Origin: a virus
Lineage: Duplodnaviria; Caudoviricetes
IMG/VR virus record: IMGVR_UViG_3300002835_000006
Length of the DNA: 64,000 nt
Direction: 5' to 3' (one strand)
Each line of letters starts with the position of its first letter. Position 1 is the stretch's first letter. Below, in pieces: positions 9,548-17,509 of this stretch. The position numbers were made by a program, and so were the translations under genes. Under the pieces are notes generated by a model. It saw nothing but the letters and a program-made list of their open reading frames with translations. It did not search any database and was not told the DNA's origin.

Positions 9548-10261
9548 ATGAAACAACTCAGAATTTTAGAGGCACATGAAACAGGACATGGTATTTTAAT
9601 AGAGATGGACGCTGGTTATGTTTCCCCAAGAGATGAACATAATGCAAATATGTTAAAAGAAGCTAAAAATTTGGATTATAGAAATCCTTTTGAATTTTAT
9701 GCTGTACTTCAGAAGTATGACACCCCAAACAGAAATGGTAGGTTTTACCCAGAAAAAATTTTGAAGAGAGAATCCGATAGATATAAAAAAATAATTGAAA
9801 AAGGATTATCTACTTCTGAATTAAATCACCCTGAGTCTTCACTTATAGATTTAGATAGAGTATCACATCTTATCACTGATATATGGTGGGATAAAAATAT
9901 TCTAATGGGAAAATTAAAATTATTGACAACTCCAGGGTTTCACGAGAGGGGGATAGTATCCTCTAAAGGGGATGTTGCAGCTAACCTTATGAGACAAGGT
10001 GTCACTATGGGGGTTTCATCAAGAGGGGTAGGGTCTTTGAAAAAGGTCGGGGAAAGAAATGAAGTTCAAGATGATTTCGAATTGATTTGTTTTGATTTGG
10101 TATCTTCACCTTCAACACCAGGTGCTTATTTGTTTTCTGATGTAAATGACAGACACAAGTACGAAGAAAATTTGGAAGAAGAAAAAAAGGTTAAATCAGA
10201 CCCAACCACAAACAAATCACTTGATTTGATGAAAAAATTATCCGATTATTTAGGAAAATAA
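9548..10261 (+). CDS. Prohead core protease (T4 gp21-like)
   Basis: NRNGRFYP, ELNHPE, GVSSRGVGSL, FDLVSSPSTPGA motifs. Confidence 0.93.
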   Translation: MKQLRILEAHETGHGILIEMDAGYVSPRDEHNANMLKEAKNLDYRNPFEFYAVLQKYDTPNRNGRFYPEKILKRESDRYKKIIEKGLSTSELNHPESSLIDLDRVSHLITDIWWDKNILMGKLKLLTTPGFHERGIVSSKGDVAANLMRQGVTMGVSSRGVGSLKKVGERNEVQDDFELICFDLVSSPSTPGAYLFSDVNDRHKYEENLEEEKKVKSDPTTNKSLDLMKKLSDYLGK

Positions 10262-10268
10262 TTTAACT

Positions 10269-10481
10269 ATGGACGAAAAGTATTTTGTAGCAAAAATTCA
10301 ATATGAATTACCCGACGAAACAACAGGGAAAATTAAAAAAATTAGAGAAGAAAAATTGGTGAAAGGTTTTTCAGTGACTGATGTTGAGGCCAAGGTTACA
10401 ACAAGGTATCAATCTTTTTCTTATGATTGGCGAATAACCTCAGTTTCAGAGAGTAAAATTGATGAAGTAATAGAAAAATAA
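10269..10481 (+). CDS. Small protein resembling DUF4494 (Bacteroidota-associated)
   Basis: YFVAKIQYE...KKIREEKLVKGFSVTDVEAKV...WRITSVSES pattern. Confidence 0.55.
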   Translation: MDEKYFVAKIQYELPDETTGKIKKIREEKLVKGFSVTDVEAKVTTRYQSFSYDWRITSVSESKIDEVIEK

Positions 10482-10509
10482 AAGTGGTCAAACGACCACT
10501 TTTTTTTTT
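10481..10509 (+). terminator. Rho-independent terminator
   Basis: aaagtggtc-aaac-gaccacttt hairpin followed by poly-T. Confidence 0.9.
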
Positions 10510-10514
10510 GGTGA

Positions 10515-10521
10515 TATTTAT
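10515..10521 (+). promoter_or_regulatory. Putative late promoter TATTTAT
   Basis: Immediately after terminator, 5 nt before ATG at 10527. Confidence 0.5.
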
Positions 10522-10526
10522 TGGTT

Positions 10527-10850
10527 ATGGTAAAAAGAATAGTTGCATCAGGAAACATTGAAGGTGTGGATTATGATTATCTATATAATACCAATAGTTT
10601 CAACGACTACTTCAATTATCTTGATATATATAGGCCTTACGAATTGAGTTTTGCTAGTTTGTCTGAATTTCAAGATACAGGTTTAGAAACACAGGTGGTT
10701 TTTGATGTGACCTTTGTGGGTTTGGATAATATCACCAAAAGTTGTGTTGTTTTAGGTGTGGATTATAAAGACGTTTATAATTATATGTCACAGAATTTTG
10801 GTAAGGTAATAAAAATAAGTAAATCAAGTTTACAAATAACAAATATATAA
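10527..10850 (+). CDS. Hypothetical protein, accessory cassette gene 1
   Basis: ORF track 10521..10850; ATG at 10527 preferred. Confidence 0.75.
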   Translation: MVKRIVASGNIEGVDYDYLYNTNSFNDYFNYLDIYRPYELSFASLSEFQDTGLETQVVFDVTFVGLDNITKSCVVLGVDYKDVYNYMSQNFGKVIKISKSSLQITNI

Positions 10851-10853
10851 GCC

Positions 10854-11264
10854 ATGTTACCAATATACGAAGGACCTATAGCAGGAATAGACGGAGGAGG
10901 AGGTAAACAAGCCTTGGGTTATTGGAATGTTGTAGTTGATGATGGAACGACTCATGTATGGACAAATACTAACTCTGATTACAATAGTGCAAAACAAATT
11001 CGAAATATTGAGGCGTATTATAGTGCCAAAGGGACCTCTATAAGACAAATGAAATTCGTTGATGGGGGATATACAATTTGGGAAACCCCAAGAGAAGCAA
11101 AATTCTATCGTGTAAGAATATCTTCAAAGGACCCCAATAAATTCAAAAATAATTTGATAATTGCTGCAGAAAATTATGACGCAGCTTTAACCGCATCTTC
11201 CGCATTTGGAGTTACGAAAACCGTATCGGATAGTCCAATGATTTTTATGGGCTCAATAAAATAA
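10854..11264 (+). CDS. Hypothetical protein, accessory cassette gene 2
   Basis: Tightly packed ORF. Confidence 0.75.
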   Translation: MLPIYEGPIAGIDGGGGKQALGYWNVVVDDGTTHVWTNTNSDYNSAKQIRNIEAYYSAKGTSIRQMKFVDGGYTIWETPREAKFYRVRISSKDPNKFKNNLIIAAENYDAALTASSAFGVTKTVSDSPMIFMGSIK

Positions 11265-11269
11265 ATTTT

Positions 11270-11590
11270 ATGGCAATTTACTTAGTAACAAAATTAAATA
11301 ACGGGAAAAAAAACACTTATCTATGCAATGCCGCAAGTCCATCATCCACCCTATCGATTCCAGGAGAATATATACAAATAAGTTACGCAAATACTGACAA
11401 TGTATTCAATATGAACTCAGGTCTGTCAATTTATAATGCCATTTATTTTGATGGTGGTGGAACAAAACAAAACGTTTATATAGCAGAAAGTTCATTCGAC
11501 TCTGTGTTCGAATTTTTCAGAAGGAATTATGATATTACAGATTTTTTGTCCATAAACAAAACAGATTATGTTTGGTACGAACTGAGATAA
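11270..11590 (+). CDS. Hypothetical protein, accessory cassette gene 3
   Basis: Tightly packed ORF. Confidence 0.75.
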   Translation: MAIYLVTKLNNGKKNTYLCNAASPSSTLSIPGEYIQISYANTDNVFNMNSGLSIYNAIYFDGGGTKQNVYIAESSFDSVFEFFRRNYDITDFLSINKTDYVWYELR

Positions 11591-11594
11591 AATT

Positions 11595-11909
11595 ATGAAT
11601 AACTATATAGTAAATTGGAGTAATGGAATTTCACAAGAAAATTTTCTTGTAGTTGCAGATTCTTTTGGTTCATGTGCCGACATTGTCATGTCAAAAAAGT
11701 CGGAAGAGGGTTTTATATTGTCCATATATAATACAACTTTATCTATTGACAAAAATATGGGTTCTAATGTGTATTATATTGGTATGGGTGACGGAAGTGA
11801 ATTTTTTGTGACATCATCAAGTTGGCTCGAAACGAAAAATTGGGTCTACAGTGCTTTGGGTTCTAACGTCGATACCATCACGTATATGGGTATGCAATAC
11901 ATATCTTAA
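11595..11909 (+). CDS. Hypothetical protein, accessory cassette gene 4
   Basis: Tightly packed ORF. Confidence 0.75.
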   Translation: MNNYIVNWSNGISQENFLVVADSFGSCADIVMSKKSEEGFILSIYNTTLSIDKNMGSNVYYIGMGDGSEFFVTSSSWLETKNWVYSALGSNVDTITYMGMQYIS

Positions 11910-11952
11910 ATTTTTTTATTAGTTGAAAATCAACTTTTTTGGTATTTGGTAA

Positions 11953-11960
11953 TATTTATA
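11953..11960 (+). promoter_or_regulatory. Putative late promoter TATTTATA
   Basis: 23 nt before scaffold ATG. Confidence 0.6.
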
Positions 11961-11983
11961 AGATAAAAATTAGATAATTTCTC

Positions 11984-13726
11984 ATGCAAGAAAATAAAAA
12001 TTTAGTAGAAGAGGCGCTCATTCAAATGAAAAATGTTGAAGAGGCTATCGCCGAGAATGCAAAAGGAATACTTGCTTCAACTATGAAGGAAGAAATCAAC
12101 CAATTAGTAAAAGAATCTCTTTCTGAACAAGATGAGATTGAAGACGACGAAGTTGAAATGTCTACAGACGTGGATGACACAGAAATGGACATGGATACTG
12201 ATAAAATGGATGATTTTTCAGACGAAATTGAAATCGACTTTGAAAATGAACCCGAAACTCAAGATTTAACCGGTTTACCCAACGACGAACTTTTCAAAAT
12301 CTTCAAACGTATGAATCCTGAGGATTCAATCACCGTAGTAAAAGATGGTAATAATTTACACATCACTGATGATGATTCTGATGTTGAGTATTTAGTCAAC
12401 ATGGGTGAGTCTAAAAACAAAAGACAAACTATGAAAGAAGAAATGGAAGAAGCAACAATCGATGACATTATGGCGACTTTATTCGATGAACCAGGAACTG
12501 AAATGGAAGTTGACGTAGATTCTATGGAAGATGATACTGAAACTGAAATGGACGTTGACGTCGATTCTGACGAAATGGAAATGGAAGATGAAGTCATGTA
12601 TGAAATCGAACTAGGAGAAGATGACGATGAAGCTGATGATGAAGCTGATGATGAAGCTGATGATGAGGCCGATGAAATGGCTGAGTCGGATGATTTAGAA
12701 GAAGCTGATGATTTAGAAGAGTCAGATGACCTAGAAGAATCAGACGATTTGGAAGAAGCTGATGATTTAGAAGAATCAGACGATTTAGAAGAAGCTGATG
12801 ATTTAGAAGAATCAGACGATTTAGAAGAATCTGATGATTTAGAAGAGGGTAATTGGGAAGAGTCTATTGAGGAGTCTTACAATCACAAGAAAGCGATAAA
12901 ACCTAAAGGTGTTGGAATTGGTAAAGGTCCAAAGTTCTCATACAAGACAACTGCAAAAGGTGGTTTCAAAGAGGACAAAAAAGAAGGTCCTAAAACTATG
13001 GGAACTGGTAAGGCTAAATTCGAATACAAGAAAGGTGCTAATATGGAAGGTAAATCCAAGAAAGTTGAAACCAAAGAAGGTCGTCAGGGATACAAAGATA
13101 AAGAAGATGAAAAATTGGGAATGAAGCATGGTAAAACAGCTATGAAGCATCTCAAAGGTTCACATTCTAAAAAAGAAAAGTCTCGTAGAGATGACGCGGG
13201 TTTCGAAAAAAGAGAAACTAAAGAAGCGGCAAGAACTTACGGTATGGGTTCTAAAGAAGGTAGAGGTCTAAGAAAAGGCATCACCAACAATAGAAACTTT
13301 GTGTATGGTTCTAATGGTGTGAAAGTAGAATCTCTTGAAGCAGAAGTTAGTATGTTGAGAGAAAAAAATGATGAGTATAGAAAAGCATTAAATGTGTTTA
13401 GAGAAAAATTGAACGAAGTTGCAATCTTCAATTCAAATCTTGCATACGCAACTAGACTTTTCACTGAACACTCAACAACTAAAAAAGAAAAAATAAACAT
13501 CCTCAGAAGATTTGACGGAGTTGAAACTTTGAAAGAATCTAAAAATCTTTATAAAGCAATCAAAGACGAATTATCAACTGAAGAAACTAAACCAATAACT
13601 GAAGCTGTTGAAACAAAATTAAATAAGAATGTTTCTTCAGGTTCAGCAGTGAATCTTATAGAGTCAAAAACCTACGAAAATCCTCAATTCTTGAGAATGA
13701 AAGATTTGATGAGTAAGATAAACTAA
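11984..13726 (+). CDS. Prohead scaffolding/core protein (T4 gp22-like)
   Basis: Between protease and MCP; highly acidic, coiled-coil C-terminus (LREKLNEVAIFNSNLAYATRLF), many L/I-x-E sites. Confidence 0.8.
   Translation: MQENKNLVEEALIQMKNVEEAIAENAKGILASTMKEEINQLVKESLSEQDEIEDDEVEMSTDVDDTEMDMDTDKMDDFSDEIEIDFENEPETQDLTGLPNDELFKIFKRMNPEDSITVVKDGNNLHITDDDSDVEYLVNMGESKNKRQTMKEEMEEATIDDIMATLFDEPGTEMEVDVDSMEDDTETEMDVDVDSDEMEMEDEVMYEIELGEDDDEADDEADDEADDEADEMAESDDLEEADDLEESDDLEESDDLEEADDLEESDDLEEADDLEESDDLEESDDLEEGNWEESIEESYNHKKAIKPKGVGIGKGPKFSYKTTAKGGFKEDKKEGPKTMGTGKAKFEYKKGANMEGKSKKVETKEGRQGYKDKEDEKLGMKHGKTAMKHLKGSHSKKEKSRRDDAGFEKRETKEAARTYGMGSKEGRGLRKGITNNRNFVYGSNGVKVESLEAEVSMLREKNDEYRKALNVFREKLNEVAIFNSNLAYATRLFTEHSTTKKEKINILRRFDGVETLKESKNLYKAIKDELSTEETKPITEAVETKLNKNVSSGSAVNLIESKTYENPQFLRMKDLMSKIN
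12626..12844 (+). repeat. In-frame tandem repeats: 12-nt (DEAD) x4 then 18-nt (E[S/A]DDLE) x9
   Basis: Read directly from DNA and protein. Confidence 0.9.
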
Positions 13727-13757
13727 AAATAAATCAAAAAAATAAAATAATACTACA

Positions 13758-15599
13758 ATGGGAGCATTATTAGAATCAGGTCTTGTTGGTAACATCGGGT
13801 TAAAACACCTTAAAGTTATCAAAGAAGACACAATCGGAAAATGGGACAAATTAGGATTCTTAGAGGGTCTTAAAGGTCACATGAGAGAAAATATCGCGCA
13901 GCTTTATGAAAACCAAGCTAGCTATTTGATAAACGAAGCTTCAACGACATCTGACACAGGTGCGTTTGAAACTGTGGTTTTCCCTATCGTTAGAAGAGTA
14001 TTCTCTAAATTGTTAGCTAACGATATCGTATCTGTACAGGCTATGAACTTACCAATCGGTAAATTGTTCTATTTTGTACCTAACATTCAGAGCTATAGTG
14101 ATACTCCATCACTTCCAGGTCTTTCAGAGCACTACGCACCTTATGGAGCACCAGATGGTCCTGATTCACCAAATAAAGGTTATAACTATAACGATGGAAG
14201 AGACCTTTATGATAGATTTTATGAAGGTAACGAACCAGCATTAGACCCACCAGGTTTATTTGACTACTCAAAAGGTTCATTCTCAACAATTACATCGGCA
14301 GTTACATCAGTTGTTACAGCAGCTTGGGATAATACTACGTTGAATTTAGTACCAAGCAATTACAACACAACTACTCCGATTGTAGGTAACTCAGCAAGTA
14401 ACTTCAGAAAAGTTCTTGTAATCATGAGTGGATTCGCACAAGCAGCTGCTGGTAAATTGATTGGTCCTGATGGTAACCCAATTGACACAGAAGCATTCTT
14501 GTCTGATTTGACAATTTATGGTGTTTCTAGCAACACAACTACTGCGGGTGGTGGTCCTTATCTTTTCAGAGTAGTAACTCAAAGATATGGTAAGGGTATC
14601 GTAGAATACGGTGACAACAATGCTCGGTTAGACTTCCCGAATTCTTTAACTGATGGTGGTCAGTATGATAACATTTGTGATGTGAATGGCAACATTTACT
14701 TGGAAATCGACCTTCAAGTTCCAACATGTATTACTTGTGGACCATCTATGGACGGTTATACAGGTTCAACATTCTCATCTAACACTGATTCGAACAACGC
14801 ATTTACAGCAACTTATAGACTCTATAAGAACTTAGAATTCGAAGATAAGATTGGTGAGGTTTCATTCGACCTTATGTCAGTGACAGTTTCTGTAACTGAA
14901 AGAAAATTGAGAGCTCAATGGTCACCTGAAATGGCACAAGACGTCGCGGCATTCCACAACATTGACGCTGAAGCTGAATTGACAGCTTTATTGTCAGAGC
15001 AAGTTGCTGCTGAAATCGACAGAGAAATCTTGAGAGACCTCAGAAAAGGTGCGGCTTGGAACTTGAGATGGGATTACAACGGATGGAAGAGATTAGGTAA
15101 CGGTACTGGTGCTGTTTCTTATACTCAAAAAGACTGGAATCAAACTTTGATTACTGCAATCAACCAATTGTCGGCACAAATTCACAAATCTACTTTGAGA
15201 GGTGGTGCTAACTGGATTGTTGTGTCATCTGAGGTTTCTGCAATTTTTGATGATTTGGAATATTTCCACGTATCAAACGCGGCTCCTGAGCAGGACCAAT
15301 ATAACATGGGTATTGAAAGAGTAGGTACTCTCGCTGGTAGATATCAAGTTTACAGAGACCCTTACTTCCCACCAAACCAAGTGTTGATTGGACACAAAGG
15401 AACATCGCTTCTTGACACAGGTTACATCTACGCACCATATGTACCATTACAACTTACTCCAACAATGTATAATCCATTCAACTTCACACCAATCAAAGGT
15501 ATCATGACTAGATATGCTAAGAAAATGGTGAACAACAGATTCTATGGTAGAATCACAGTTGATGGTGTTAGAACATTCGATTTGAAAGAGTTGAGATAA
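13758..15599 (+). CDS. Major capsid protein (T4 gp23-like) with large insertion
   Basis: FPIVRRVF, VSVQAMNLPIG, RKLRAQWSPEMAQDV, EIDREIL, GANWIVVS, YAPYVPLQ, GIMTRY motifs. Confidence 0.96.
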   Translation: MGALLESGLVGNIGLKHLKVIKEDTIGKWDKLGFLEGLKGHMRENIAQLYENQASYLINEASTTSDTGAFETVVFPIVRRVFSKLLANDIVSVQAMNLPIGKLFYFVPNIQSYSDTPSLPGLSEHYAPYGAPDGPDSPNKGYNYNDGRDLYDRFYEGNEPALDPPGLFDYSKGSFSTITSAVTSVVTAAWDNTTLNLVPSNYNTTTPIVGNSASNFRKVLVIMSGFAQAAAGKLIGPDGNPIDTEAFLSDLTIYGVSSNTTTAGGGPYLFRVVTQRYGKGIVEYGDNNARLDFPNSLTDGGQYDNICDVNGNIYLEIDLQVPTCITCGPSMDGYTGSTFSSNTDSNNAFTATYRLYKNLEFEDKIGEVSFDLMSVTVSVTERKLRAQWSPEMAQDVAAFHNIDAEAELTALLSEQVAAEIDREILRDLRKGAAWNLRWDYNGWKRLGNGTGAVSYTQKDWNQTLITAINQLSAQIHKSTLRGGANWIVVSSEVSAIFDDLEYFHVSNAAPEQDQYNMGIERVGTLAGRYQVYRDPYFPPNQVLIGHKGTSLLDTGYIYAPYVPLQLTPTMYNPFNFTPIKGIMTRYAKKMVNNRFYGRITVDGVRTFDLKELR

Positions 15600-15618
15600 T
15601 ATGGTCTAACCAAAAATA

Positions 15619-15644
15619 TAAAAGGGTCCCTCGGGACCCTTTTT
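15619..15644. terminator. Bidirectional intrinsic terminator after MCP
   Basis: aaaagggtccc-tc-gggaccctttttt; A-run before and T-run after; lies between convergent genes. Confidence 0.9.
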
Positions 15645-15878
15645 TTATTCTATTATTTTTTTTGAAATTTCAGAGTTTAAAACCGCTAAAGATTTAGATA
15701 TTAGTTCAGTTTCAATCATTGTGAAAGCACCTTTTTCATATGCGTATTCCAAGGATTTAGTGATAAAAATAATTGATTGTTCCAATGTTAAATCGTCTAT
15801 TAAATTTCTTAAATCTATAGGAGAATTGTATCCGATAGATTGAAACAAGTATCCAATTGGTTGATTATTAGTTTCCAT
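15645..15878 (-). CDS. Hypothetical protein (77 aa)
   Basis: ATG start, late motif upstream, ends at terminator. Confidence 0.75.
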   Translation of the reverse strand: METNNQPIGYLFQSIGYNSPIDLRNLIDDLTLEQSIIFITKSLEYAYEKGAFTMIETELISKSLAVLNSEISKKIIE

Positions 15879-15893
15879 ATTTAAATTTTGAGA

Positions 15894-15905
15894 TATTTAT
15901 AAATA
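15894..15905. promoter_or_regulatory. Palindromic bidirectional late promoter TATTTATAAATA
   Basis: Perfect 12-bp palindrome between divergent ATGs at 15878 and 15919. Confidence 0.6.
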
Positions 15906-15918
15906 ATAATCGATTGGA

Positions 15919-16617
15919 ATGAGAAAAACAATAAAAGAGGCTACAACATCAGCTAGCTCGGGTAAATTCAAAGTACCTGTAGTGTTAGCACCTCAAATTT
16001 GGAAAGACAATCAATTGGGCCCCTTCACGGATAAAGTTTATCATTATGATAATGCAGAATTGGCTTATGAAGAAGCGGATGGTGATTATTTAGAGTCACC
16101 TGAAGAAAGAGAAGAAATCGAAAATAAAACTGATAAAATTTCTCAGGTGGACATGTATCTCAAACAATTTTACACAGGACAAAATGATGAAGAGGGGTCT
16201 GCTTTGAACCCCACAATGTCTGGTTTACCTCCTGAGGTGGCTGATTTGGTGAATCAAACTTTGGAGGAACAACTAATCAAAGAAGATTTAGCCGTGTGGT
16301 TCGGAACGAAAAAAAAACCCAAAGGAAGTAAACAACCTAAAGGTCCATGGGTGAATATATGTAGAAAGGAAAATGGTAAACATCCCCCTTGTGGTAGAAA
16401 AAATGCATCATCTAAGGCATATCCGAAATGTAGAGCCGTTCATGTTGCTTCAAAAATGAGTGATTCCCAAAAAAGAGCTGCCTGTCAGAAAAAGAGGAAT
16501 GCTGAAAAAAAGGAGCCTAAAGTTGGTAAAGGTAATAAACCGACGATGTCTTCATATATGCCAAGAAAGGAATCTTTGGAAAGATTGATTAGGAGAATAA
16601 TTAAAGAGAATTATTAG
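15919..16617 (+). CDS. Hypothetical protein with basic Cys-containing module (WF..WVNIC..GKHPPCGR..YPKC)
   Basis: Acidic N-terminal half, basic Cys-rich C-terminal half resembling a widespread phage DUF. Confidence 0.75.
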   Translation: MRKTIKEATTSASSGKFKVPVVLAPQIWKDNQLGPFTDKVYHYDNAELAYEEADGDYLESPEEREEIENKTDKISQVDMYLKQFYTGQNDEEGSALNPTMSGLPPEVADLVNQTLEEQLIKEDLAVWFGTKKKPKGSKQPKGPWVNICRKENGKHPPCGRKNASSKAYPKCRAVHVASKMSDSQKRAACQKKRNAEKKEPKVGKGNKPTMSSYMPRKESLERLIRRIIKENY

Positions 16618-17023
16618 TCACCCTTTTAAGAATATCCTCTAAGGAATGTTGAATATTACTTCTCATTTCTTTTTCGAGAACTTCTCTTCTGTTTTCTAAT
16701 TCCGAGTCGAATAGTTCTATGAGTTCAGAATATAAATCTGAATTTTCAATGTATACGCTGTAACTATATACGTGATTGATAAGAAATAAAGTTCTTTGAT
16801 GTATCACAATGAACATTCCAAAATTATCATTTTTGATAAACCTTTTCAATGAACGTGGAGCAAATGTCAATCGAGATTCAGATTCTTTTATTAAATTCTT
16901 ACAAATCTCAACGGAGGTTTGTTCCTCGTAAGTCACTTCGGGATGTGGGTCAAATTTTTCTTGAAGATAGAGATAAACCTTGTAGAGTAATTTTGGTACG
17001 TAACCGACAATTTTCTTTTCCAT
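16601..17023 (-). CDS. Hypothetical protein (140 aa)
   Basis: ORF convergent with 15919..16617. Confidence 0.75.
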   Translation of the reverse strand: MEKKIVGYVPKLLYKVYLYLQEKFDPHPEVTYEEQTSVEICKNLIKESESRLTFAPRSLKRFIKNDNFGMFIVIHQRTLFLINHVYSYSVYIENSDLYSELIELFDSELENRREVLEKEMRSNIQHSLEDILKRVTNNSL

Positions 17024-17050
17024 GAAACAAAAATATGGGAAAATTTTAAA

Positions 17051-17509
17051 TTAACAATAAGAACCTGAACAATGTTTTTTACCATCCAATCCTGGCATTG
17101 AACCTTTACAAACCTGAACCGCATATCCATTTGCGTATGCACTTGGATAGACTTTGAATTTGGCCTTTGCCGCTGCTTTACCTCTTGCACAAAGTTTTGT
17201 TCCTGTTTTCTTCTCCCCCTCACTCAAATTGTCCTCAGGGTAATTAGATGTTTTAGTTTCATTCATCATAAAATCAAAAACCTGGTCCATGTTTTCCTTC
17301 GCAACAGTAATGTGGTCATCGGCCCAATCGTGTCCTGCCATCAAAATTTCGTCAACAGTATTGGGGTCTAATTGTAATAATAAGTCGGCTTGCCTTCTAA
17401 TTTGTTCTAAATTACTAAAAAACATATAATTAGGTGACTGTTGTTCTTTCATCACTTTTTTCACCAACTTGGTGATATCTTTTTCTGTTATTTTAATTAT
17501 ACGTTTCAT
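17051..17509 (-). CDS. Hypothetical protein with KFKVYPSAYANG module
   Basis: N-terminal IIKITEKDITKLVKKVMKEQ and C-terminal LCARGKAAAKAKFKVYPSAYANGYAVQVCKG. Confidence 0.75.
   Translation of the reverse strand: MKRIIKITEKDITKLVKKVMKEQQSPNYMFFSNLEQIRRQADLLLQLDPNTVDEILMAGHDWADDHITVAKENMDQVFDFMMNETKTSNYPEDNLSEGEKKTGTKLCARGKAAAKAKFKVYPSAYANGYAVQVCKGSMPGLDGKKHCSGSYC

Noticed and set aside
12626-12844. 18-nt repeats as iterons or an origin
   Set aside because: Third-position variation preserves the protein repeat, indicating selection at the protein level
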